A stretch of 64,000 bases of DNA from Octopus vulgaris (lineage: Eukaryota). Both the position numbers and the translations under genes were made by a program. The notes beneath the pieces were generated by a model, which saw only the letters and a program-made list of their open reading frames with translations, had not been told where the DNA came from and searched no databases. The stretch is from NCBI GenBank assembly GCA_951406725.2, contig OX597836.1:12524001-12588000 (forward strand), given 5' to 3'. Below, piece after piece: positions 53,658 through 64,000 of the stretch. The stretch's first letter is position 1; every line of letters begins with the position of its first letter.

Positions 53658-54162
53658 CATCATCATCATCATTGTTTAACGTCCGCTTTCCATGCTAGCA
53701 TGGGTTGGACGATTTGACTGAGGTCTGGTGAACCAGATGGCTGCACCAGGCTCCATTCTGATCTGGCAGAGTTTCTACAGCTGGATGCCCTTCCTAACGC
53801 CAACCACTCCGAGAGTGTAGTGGGTGCTTTTTACATGCCACCGGCATGAGGGCTAGTCAGGCAGTACTGGCAACGGCCACACTCAAATGGTGCTTTTCAT
53901 GTGCCACTTGTACAGGAGCCAGTCCAGCGGCACTGGCAATGACCTCGCTCGAATGTTTTTTTACATGCCACCAGCACAAGTGCCAGTAAAGCAATGCAGG
54001 TAACGATCATGCTCGAATGGTGCTTTTTACATGCCACCGGCACAGAGGCCAGTTTGTTGCTCTGACAACGATCATGCTCATATGGTAATCTTAGCGCTCC
54101 ACTAGCACGGATGCCAGTCATCGAATTTGATTTTAATTTCGATTTCACTTGCTTCAACAGGT
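53658..54162 (-). mobile_element. RTE 3'-UTR copy (~500 bp)
   Basis: (ATC)n, then gtccgctttccatgctagcatgggttggacg…gatttcacttgcttcaacagg, collinear with 21175-21600. Shorter copies at 45311-45440, 56352-56520, 59971-60228 and 63143-63290. Confidence 0.85.
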
Positions 54163-54914
54163 TACGTACATACATATATACACACATATGATTGGATTCT
54201 TTCAGTCTGTATATGTATGCATACATACATATACATACATATGACAGGCTTCTTTCAGTTTCCATCTGCCAAATCCACTCTCAGAGCTAAGGCTGGCCCG
54301 GCACTGTAGTAGAAGACATTTGCCCAAGGTGTCTTGCAGTGGAACTGAACTTTGAAGAATATGATTGATAAGCAAGTGTATGTATGTATGTATATATATG
54401 TAAGTGTATGTTTGTGTGCATATATGCATATGTCTGTATATATGTTTGTGTGTGTGTCTGTATTTGTGTACATGTATGTATATGTATATTTGCTTGTGCG
54501 TGTATATATGTGTGTATGTTTATGTGTGTGTTCATGTGTATATATGTGTGTGTGTGTTTGTAAATCAATGTAATATTGTCTAATAACTTCCTGTTTCACC
54601 AACTCCCAGACTAATGGCATCTCCGCCTCCAACTCCACTCACACTCACTTTAACGGTTCCATTTCCTCCTCTTCCCCCCCCCCCCATCCCGTCTCGCTCT
54701 ATTTATACTGCTTGGTGATAATGGTGAATGTGGCAGTGGTGTTGGCAGCAGTGCAGTCAAGGGTGGTGGTGACAGTGGCACTGGAGAGGGTGGTGGTTGT
54801 GGTGGTGGTGGTGGTAGTAGTAGTAGTATATATGTGCTCATGTCTATATGTTTGTGTGTATGTATAAATGTGTATTTTTGTATAAGTATGTGTGTGTATA
54901 TATGTTTGCTTGTG

Positions 54915-54977
<63 letters not shown>

Positions 54978-55196
54978 GCATATATATACAACAGTTGCCA
55001 ATACAAAGACACACACACATAGACATATATATGTGTGTGTGTGTACGATGGGCTTCTTTTAGTTTTCTTCTACCAAATCCAATCATAAAGCTTTGGTCGG
55101 CCCAAGGCTATAGTAGAAGGCATTTGCCCAAGGTGCCATGCAGTGAGTTTGAACTTGGAACCATGTGGTTGGTAAACAAGCTTCTTACCACACAGG

Positions 55197-55420
55197 GATG
55201 TTATCCAACAAGTTTGTTCTTATTCTGCCCATAGGTCTCCTGCGGATAGGCTCAGCTTGAAGAACCCTTCTTGCAGTTCTATGCTACAATCTCCCAATCA
55301 TATGACCATCACACCAGAACTGTGATCTTTCAATGCAGAGACGTACCAGCTCAACCTAGAGAGGTTCCCTGATCTTTTAGCTGTGCACCCTGCTGAGTGA
55401 CATTACTCCAGAGATCTTTC
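55197..55420 (-). pseudogene. Old degenerate RTE-clade LINE C-terminal fragment
   Basis: Minus-strand peptide KISGVMSLSRVHS*KIREPL*VELVRLCIERSQFWCDGHMIGRL*HRTARRVLQAEPIRRRPMGRIRTNLLDNI follows the RTE LRWYGHV…GRRPRGRPRTRW pattern but carries three stops. Confidence 0.65.
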
Positions 55421-55758
55421 ATAGGGACCTCCAATTTTAACCACTTCATATTCTTTTGTCGATTGCCCAGTATTTATGACCTTAAGTAAGGATCGGCGCT
55501 GAAGCTGAATTAACGATAATGAGTCCGGCTTTGGCTTTTCTGTTTTATCAACGTCTCCTCTTCTAAAGACCAAGTATTTGAGTTAAGAAATGAAAAAAAA
55601 AAATATACAAGACAAGAGGATAAAATATAATATTGATTATTTTATTGTTATTCAATACAGAAAGTTGGTGGGGGTCGTGTTATTAATAGAATGATCTTTT
55701 CTCCATCTCTTTCTCCATCTCTCTCTCCCTCTTTCTCTCTCTGCCTCTCTCTCTTTCC

Positions 55759-55804
<46 letters not shown>

Positions 55805-57157
55805 CTCTCTCTCTTTCTCTCTCTGCCTCTCTCTCTCTCTCTCTCTCTCTCTGCCTCTCTCTCCCTCTCTCTTCCTCTCTCTCTTCAAGATGTCTCTACA
55901 TTGTACTCAAATAAGTACAGTATTTGTAAAATTATTAGTATCTCGTGAGACATTTTATGTTTGGTATTAAATTATTGTATCATGTTCGAAGGGGACAAGC
56001 TGGTAGAACCATTAGTGGGCCAGTGAGAATACTTAGAGAATACTTTATGTTCAGAGTTCAAATCCCGCCAAGGTCAGTAGTACCAATTAACCACCACCTC
56101 CTCCTCTCATAATTGCTGGCCTTGTGTCAAAATTAGAAAGAGTTTTATACTCGAGCTTTAGAAATCAAAAATAAATGAGAGACGAGCATAGGCACAGTTG
56201 TGGTTGTGTGGTAAGAAGTTCGCTTCCCTAGTTTGGTTCCAGGTTCAGTCCTACTGCATGGCAACTTGAACAAATTTCTACTATCGCTTTGGGCCATCCA
56301 AAGCCTTGTGAGTGGATTTGGTAGACAGAAACCAAAAGAAGCCCATGTGCATCGTCACCGTCTTTTAATGTCTGTTGTCCATGCTGGCATGGGTTGGACA
56401 GTGTGACCAGAGCTGACAAACCGGGGAGCTGTACCAGACCCCAGTCTGATCTGACATGGTTTCTATGACTGGATGCCCTTCCTGATGCCAACCACTTTAC
56501 TTTTTACATGCTACTCCACAGGCACTTTTACACGGCACCACACAGGCGCTTTAGATGGCACAGTATGAGCGTTTTTATATAACACTGCACAGGTGCTTTT
56601 CTGCAGCAGTGCGCCGGCACTACATGGACACCTTTACATCGTGCCACATGAGTGCTTTTATGTGGTGTTGCACAGGTGCTCTTACATGGTGCCGCCACGA
56701 GTGCTTTACACCACCACATGGATCGGTCATAACACTTCTTGCTGCAGATGGTAAACTCTTGTATTTCAAGAAAGATGGTTCTGCAATTCCCTGGTGGACA
56801 ACATGCACAAATACTTTGTTTATGGTGACCAAATACTTATGCTGTACATTAATTCACCCCCACCCCCATAACAAATGGACGTTACCTGTACAGGTATCCG
56901 GTGTACCATACGTCAGATGTCGAAATGACCACCCAGCAATGTGTGTGGTGTGTGTTTGTGTTTATCTCCCACTGCTTCTTGACAGCCAGTGTTGGTAACT
57001 TAGCAGCTCAGCAAAAGAATCTGACAGAATGTTATAATCCTTAAAATGTCGGACTGTTATAATGCCCACTTCGGTATACAGTGTACTTAGTAAAACCAGT
57101 AAGGATATGACTATCTCTGACCGCTTGCTATGTACCCTAGTACTTCATGAACTTCTG

Positions 57158-57846
57158 GATTTGGTAGACGGAAACTGAAAGAAGCCCGTCATATATATGT
57201 ATATATATATATATATGTGTGTGTGTTTGCCCCCCCCCCCCCCCCCCAACATCGCTTAACAATCGATACTGGTGTGTTTACGTCCCCGTAACTTCGCGGT
57301 TCGGCAAAAGAGAGACTGATAGAATAAGTACTAGGCTTACAAAGAATAAGTACAGGGGTCGACTTGCTCGACTGAAAGGCGGTGCTCCAGCATGGCCGCA
57401 GTCAAATGACCAAAACATGTAAAAGAGTACAAACAGATAGTCGGGGGGTGGGGATAGAGTTGCCTTAACATGTGGGAGATCTTCTCTTCCTGATATCTCC
57501 CCCCCCCCTCTCTCTTTCTCCCTCCAAGAGGTCTCCGCATTCTAGGAGTAAATATATTGTATGAGGTTCTGATTTGGTAGACGGAAACTGAAAGAAGCCC
57601 GTCGTATATATGCATATGTATATATGTGTGTGTGTGTGTTTACATCCCTGTAACTTAGTGGTTTGGCAAAAGAGCCCGATAGAACAAGTAGTAGGCTTAC
57701 AAAGAATAAGTCCTGGGGTCGACTTGCTCGACTAAAAGGCGGTGCTCCAGCATGGCCGCAGTCAAATGACCGAAACAAGTAAAAGAGTGCAAACGGATAG
57801 GCGGGGATAGAGTTGCCTCAACGTGTGGGAGATCTTCTCTTCATGA

Positions 57847-57906
<60 letters not shown>

Positions 57907-57998
57907 AGAGGTCTCCGCATTCTAGGAGTAAATATATTGTATGATGTTCTGATTTGGTAGACGGAAACTGAAAGAAGCCCGTCGTATATATGCATATG

Positions 57999-58029
<31 letters not shown>

Positions 58030-58385
58030 TTACATCCCCATAACTTAGCGGTTCGGCAAAAGAGACCGATAGAATAAGTACTGGGCTTACAAAGAATTGA
58101 GTCCTGGGGTTGACTTGCTCGACTGAAAAGCGGTGCTCCAGCATGGCCGCAGTCAAATGACCGAAACAAGTAAAAGAGTACAAACGGATAGGCGGGGATA
58201 GAGTTGCCTCAACGTGTGGGAGATCTTCTCTTCCTGATATCTCTCTCTCTCTCTCCTTCTCTCTCTCTTCCTCTCTCTCTTCCTCTCCAAGAGGTCTCCT
58301 GCATTCTAGGAGTAAATACAGTATTAAGAAAATTATTAGTATCTTGTGAGAGATTTATGTTGGTATTATATTGTATGATGTTCTG
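57158..58385 (+). repeat. Tandem triplication (~380-410 bp unit) of a SINE A 3' half plus unique flank
   Basis: gatttggtagacggaaactgaaag starts at 57158, 57571 and 57951. Each unit carries gatagagttgcct…gtgggagatcttctct…ccaagaggtctcc…cattctaggagtaaata. Confidence 0.85.
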
Positions 58386-59269
58386 AAAAGCAATTAGATT
58401 GTAATATAAGTTAGTGTAGAGATGTAGTTTATATCAGCAGAGTCTTGTCAAAGTTTAAAAGTCTATAAAACTGTCTATTGACTGGCGCCAATGTAATTGG
58501 AGTGCTGCTGCTGCTGCTGTTACTACTACTGCTGCTGCTGCTACTGTTGCCGCTGCTGCTGCTGCTGTTTGCCAAAGTAATATTCTGATTTTGCTTCTAG
58601 TAGTCACCATCCCTTTTTGATATCATCGAACTGTCTTTTCCTATTTTTTTCTTCTTTTTTCTCTCATTCCCCACCCCCCACCTTTTCTCTTTATGTAGCT
58701 TCTTTATGATGATGATGTTGATGATGATGATGATGTATTTCTTATATATACCAGGAATGCAGAATAAACTTCTTGAACTGTCATAGAAACGCACCCCCGT
58801 ACACACACACATACTTATATACATGAATGCATGCATGCACGCACACGTACGTATAAGGGTTAACTAGATAGATAAATAGATAGCCGTATTTCGTCTGCCG
58901 TTACGTTCTGGGTTCAAATTCCGCCAAGGTCGACTTTGCCTTTCATCCTTTCGGGGTCGATAAATTAAGTACCGGTTACGCACTGGGGTCGATCTAATCG
59001 ACATAACCCGTTTGTCTGTCCTTGTTTGTCCCCTCTGTGTTTAGCCCTTTGTGGGTAGTAAAAAAAAAAAAATAGATAGCTAAAGAGAGAGAGAGAAAGA
59101 GTTATCTAGATAGAGAGAGACAGCTATCTGAATAGATAGAGAGATATAAGTAGAGAGAGAGATTAAAAGAGAGCTAGCTAGACAGGCAGATAGAGAGATA
59201 AAGAGAGTTAATGAGATAGATAGACAAGAGAGAGGGAGAGTTAAGGAGATTGGTAGAGACATGAAGGGA

Positions 59270-59760
59270 GAACTAAGTTGATAGATAGATAGAGAGTGAG
59301 AGAGAGAGAGAAAGAGCTAAGTAGGCAAATAGAGTGGTAAAGAGAGTTAACGAGATAGATAGGTAGATTGATAGGTAGACAGGTAGACAGTTAGACAGAC
59401 AGGTAGATAGATAGACAGACAGACACAGGTAGATAGATAGACAGACAGACACAGGTAGATAGATATAGACAGACAGGTAGATAGATATACAGACAGACAG
59501 ACAGGTAGATAGATAGACAGACAGACACAGGTAGATAGATAGACAGCTAGACAGACAGGTAGATAGATAGACAGACAGACAGACAGGTAAGTAGGCAGAT
59601 AGAGTTAAAAAGATAGATAGAGAGAGAGAGAGAGAGCTGACTGGATAGAGATTTAAGAAAACTGGTAGAGACATGAAGAGAGAACTAAGTAGATAGATAG
59701 ATAGATAAGAGAGGGGGAGATCTGGGAAGACTGGTGGATAGAGAGAGAGAGAGAGCTAAG
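59270..59760. repeat. (GATA)n/(GACA)n/(GA)n microsatellite complex
   Basis: Seen directly. Confidence 0.9.
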
Positions 59761-60231
59761 TAGATAGAAAGAAGTATATATGTTGTCTCATTCTGACTTC
59801 TTCCTTCTTTTTCACTCTCTTCCTCTGTTTCCTTCTGAAAGAGAAGCACAATCTAAGTTACAGAGCAGTAAACCAATTAGATAAAGATGTTTATGGCCAG
59901 TCTATGGGGTTACCCAGGGTTTCACGACCATAAAGTGCTTAGCTTAACAGTGTCTCTTCAGACCCTATATATCATCATCATCATCGTTTAACAGCCGTTT
60001 TCTGCACTAGCATGGGTTGGACGGTTCGACCGGGGTCTGGGAAGCCAGGGGCTGCACCAGGCTCCAATCTGATCTGGCAGTGTTTCTACAGCTGGATGCC
60101 CTTCCTAACGCCAACCACTCTGCGAGTGTAATGGGTACTTTTTACGTGCCACCAGGGGAGTCTGGCATCGGCCACGATCAGTTGGTGCTTTTAACGTGCC
60201 ACTGGCACGGAAACCAGCCAAGGCGGCGCTG

Positions 60232-60403
60232 AGGCGTAGGAGTGGCTGTGTGGTAAGTAGCTTGCTTACCAACCACATGTTTCTGGGTTCAGTCCCACTG
60301 CGTGGTACCTTGGGCAAGTGTCTTCTACTATAGCCTTGGGCCGATCAAAGCCTTGTGAGTGGATTTGGTAGACGGAAACTGAAAGAAGCCCGTCGTATAT
60401 ATG

Positions 60404-60436
<33 letters not shown>

Positions 60437-60630
60437 CTGTTCCCCCCAACATCACTTGACAACTGATGCTGGTGTGTTTACGTCCCCGTAACTTAGCGGT
60501 TCAGCAAAAGAGAGACCGATAGAATAAGTACTATGGCTTACAAAGAATAAGTCCTGGGGTTGATTTGTTCGACTAAAGGCGGTGCTCCAGCATGGCCACA
60601 GTCAAATGACTGAAACAAGTAAAAGAATAA
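60232..60630 (+). mobile_element. SINE family A, full-length
   Basis: Matches 50571-50980; abuts an inverted RTE 3' copy (59971-60228). Confidence 0.85.
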
Positions 60631-60848
60631 AAGAATATCACAAGTGGAAAAGGGTTGCGATGGGGGAGGGGGCACTGATATTTGCAAGGGGTGGAAAAGC
60701 AGGGCCTTGCGACCCCTTAGGATTCCCTCTGACAAACGATTCTGTCCGAAACATTCAGCTCAGTTCGACCCTTTTCTTCCATCATCACCATCATCAGCAT
60801 TATCATTTAACATTCATTATGCCCCCCCCCCCCCCCCGCTTCCCTTTA

Positions 60849-61158
60849 CGGTACCTTTTGTACTTCAATATCTTGTCCTCCACTGATGCTGCCGACAAGA
60901 ACGGTACCTTTTGTACTTCAATATCTTGTCCTCCACTGATGCTGCCGACAAGAACGGTACCTTTTGTACTTCAATATTTTGTCCTCCACTGATGCTGCCG
61001 ACAAGAACGGTACCTTTTGTACTTCAATATCTTGTCCTCCACTGATGCTGCCGACAAGAACGGTACCTTTTGTACTTCAATATTTTGTCCTCCACTGATG
61101 CTGCCGACAAGAACGGTACCTTTTGTACTTCAATATTTTGTCCTCCACTGATGCTGCC
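60849..61158. repeat. 53-bp minisatellite, about 5.9 near-identical copies
   Basis: cggtaccttttgtacttcaatat(c/t)ttgtcctccactgatgctgccgacaagaa starts at 60849, 60902, 60955, 61008, 61061 and 61114. Confidence 0.95.
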
Positions 61159-62800
61159 AACGACAACAACGGCAACAACGCCACCATCAGTCATTGCTTT
61201 CCTCCTCGACTGATTTTCTTCTTACTGCAACCATAGATCTTTAACCTCTCTCCCTCCCCTATCTTCAACCCCCCTCCCCCCGGGGTGGGGCGGAATAGGC
61301 CATCTCGTTATTTCAACAGCAGGTGACTATTAAACAGTGCAATGTTTGAACCGACACAAGTCCAAGTCTAATCATAACATTAAGCAAAATTTTCTTTTCT
61401 TTATCGCTTCTTTTTTTTCTTTCTATCTTTTGTCTCTGTTTCTCTTTTGCACCACCGCCCCCCCCCTCTCTTACTCTCTCTGCTGCCACTTCCCCCACCC
61501 CCCACCCACCACCACCTCTTACTAAAATATTTATGGCTGTTCTCACAATAAACCATAAAAGATCCGGGGGTGGGTGGGCGTGGGGGAGAAAGTCGTTTCA
61601 GTTGCCTTATACATAACATAAAGAACAATTAATACAACGTATATTTGCCCACTACCAAAGTGCCACCATTTTCACTCCAAACCCACCACAGCCGCCACCA
61701 CCAGCACCACCACCACCACCACTTTTCTTCTTGCCTGTCCATCCACCTCCACCCCACCCCACCCCACTCCCCTGACATCAAGTATGAACGCTATAAAATT
61801 ACAATAAACTGCACTTCACAGTTATTTTGCGATGGTGTTGGTGGTGTTGGTGGTGGTGGTGGTGATGGTGGTGTCGGTCAAGTAGACTGACCAATCCTGG
61901 ACAATGTCCAAGACAACCAGAGTAGACGATATCAAAGGCCCTTCAAGGACTATTAACTTGGTATTGGCCGGTTCTTTTAGTACTGCTGTCACTTAAATCC
62001 CTCCTCCCCCTCCATCACGCCACCGCACACATACCCCCCCCCCCCCGTGCAGAAATGGTTAGCTGATAATGGAATGTTGAGGAGAAAAAAAAGAAAAGAA
62101 GAAAGAAGTAAAAAAACAAAAAAAAAATAGGCCAAAATAAATATGTCATCTCGAGGAATTTTAATTTATGGTAGAAAAGATAAAGTTGTCTAAGGTTGTT
62201 AAATAGTATTTAGTTTGGCATCAGCACCATGATTGTTTTAGATGCAATCATTATTATGACCCTTTCTTTGTTCATCCATTTAACTCCTGTTTTTGTTTTC
62301 CTTTTTCTCCCATGTTTGTGTGGAAAAACAGTCAGACGATGCCGGGGGTCGGTGCCAAGGCGGCATTATATAATGGTTTGCATGGTCGTTCTTGTTCCTC
62401 CGAAATAAGGGATTTAAACTTTTACCCTTAGCATGCTTCGAGTCAACCCCACTCAAATTAGTGGGGTTATAGCAAAGACAGAGATGGTTTTATGCCACTA
62501 CATTATCAAGTGTGTCATGGTTGTTTAGTCACGGGTCATTTGATCTCACTGACCACAGGTCAAAGATGTTTGAGCCATAAAGTATTAGTCTATTCTTTGG
62601 CATAATGTATCTAGGACTACATAATCAAATATGGTCTGTTTATTGCGGTGTTTTTTTGGTCACTGGTCATCTCTGACCCAACAGACCAAGTGGTGAAAGA
62701 TGTTTCACCTGTGACAGTATTCAACTATATTTTCAAGCACAATGCATCTAGGACTACATTATCAAGTGTGTCCTACCTTTTTTTTGTGGTGACTGTTTAA

Positions 62801-63012
62801 CCCTTTAGTGTTCGCATTATTCTACCAAAATTAATGCTTCTTTATCCACATTGTTTTGAACTAATCATGCATTATCTTGTAGCTATGAGATTTTGATGAA
62901 GTAGCTGTTAATTATTAAAATGACATTGTAGGGTTGGTGTGAGAGACCAGATCTGGCCATAAAACAGGCAGAATACTTTTAGCCGGATACGGCCGGTTTA
63001 AATATTAAAGGG
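62801..63012 (+). mobile_element. piggyBac-type MITE
   Basis: TTAA|CCCTTTA … TAAAGGG|TTAA, i.e. a TTAA target duplication with CCC/GGG termini. Diverged relatives at ~37733-37897 (+) and ~51490-51662 (-). Confidence 0.7.
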
Positions 63013-63524
63013 TTAATCATGGGTCACATTATGGTGAGAGGCTTAAATCAGGGTTTCTCAACCGGGGTTCATATGGCCCTTGGGGGTCCACATAAGATTT
63101 TGTTGCTAAAATTTATGTGCAATAAATTACTTATACTTCTACAATCATCATCATCATCACAGGTCCGTTGTCCATGCTGGTATGGGTTGGATGGTTTGAC
63201 CAGGATGGCATCCTGGAAGGCCGCACCAGACCCCAGTCTGATTTGGCATGGTTTTCTATGGTTGAATGTCCTTCTTAATGCCAACCACTCCAAGGATGCC
63301 AATTGCGTGTGAATGTGTGCAGGTATGTGTGTATATAGATGTATGCGTGCATGCAAGTACGTGCGTATATGGATGTATTTTACTCAGTGTTTATCATGGC
63401 TACCGAATAATTGTCACATATTACATTTACAGAGATAAATTCCTCTGTTTACATAATATCGAGGTCTCGTTCATTCTTTTGCTGTCTTACCGTTTTTATC
63501 AACACATATATATATGTATATATG

Positions 63525-63700
63525 GTGAGAATTCACAAAAAAAACAAAAGACAAAGACAGGTGGTGTACAAAACAAACAGATATATTAGTATAACGCTCG
63601 GGAAGTGAAAAAGTCTTTTAACATTTCGAGCGTACGCTCTTCCACAGAAAGGAACACAGAAAGAAACAAGGAGAGAAAATAAAGAATGTGTAGTGGCTGA
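63525..63700 (-). mobile_element. Penelope-like terminal-repeat fragment with hammerhead-like motif
   Basis: Homologous to 7281-7450; minus strand cttt-ctgtgga-a-gagc-gtac-gctc-gaaat-gtt-aaaag. Confidence 0.5.
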
Positions 63701-64000
63701 GGATTTGTGAATGGGTGCATGTATTTTTATGAGTACACACGATTGTATATCTGAACATGGATATTTATGAATGAATACGAATATTTATGAATGGATGTGT
63801 GTTTAAGTATACATATGGGCACGAGTATATGACGTAGGCATTTTTCAATGAATGAGCCATAAAATTAGTTTGGGGTAAGTCTTCAAGTTTCGCCTGATGA
63901 CTTTTTCCACTAGTAATGGATACAAGTTAAATGTTTGTGTACATATGTTTGTACATGTATAATTAAGTCGGTACTCATTAATGAATGTTTTTTATTTATA

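Noticed and set aside
56555-56998. 147-aa ORF
   Set aside because: The first half derives from degenerate RTE-UTR tandem units and the end from a SINE; no recognisable domain.
60849-61158. Possible CRISPR-like array
   Set aside because: The units are contiguous with no unique spacers, the context is eukaryotic, and there are no cas genes.
63048-63130. hAT-like MITE end (cagggtttctcaacc…), with a similar sequence at ~15415-15545
   Set aside because: Only one terminus is visible, with no matching TIR or 8-bp TSD.
38221-64000. Search for the next EXT1 exon (IIxDR…WN…PG), and in 1-11622 for the preceding one (…PRGRRLGSF)
   Set aside because: No matching peptide with splice sites was found by eye, so these exons presumably lie outside the window. 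A tblastn would confirm.

Overview
Eukaryotic, extremely repeat- and microsatellite-rich DNA. The SINE/LINE repertoire and the density of (TA)n, (CA)n and (ATC)n tracts are most consistent with an octopus (coleoid cephalopod) genome; this is inference. The window lies inside a large + strand exostosin-1 (EXT1/tout-velu, heparan-sulfate polymerase) gene. Only two coding exons are present (11623-11749 and 38101-38220), separated by a 26.35 kb intron. I did not find the flanking exons, so they probably lie outside the window. The introns hold a nearly full-length antisense RTE-clade LINE (about 21175-24918) with an APE endonuclease, an RT, an unusual C4HC3 PHD-type finger inserted after the RT core, one frameshift and a mutated catalytic Asp. 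They also hold many copies of that LINE's 3' end, three abundant tRNA-like SINE families (some tandem or with swapped tails), 3' fragments of three CR1-group LINEs and an old RTE, two non-autonomous Helitrons, mariner- and piggyBac-type MITEs, Penelope-type repeats with hammerhead-like cores, minisatellites and local duplications. Almost all ORFs in the supplied track are translations of microsatellites or SINEs and are not genes.
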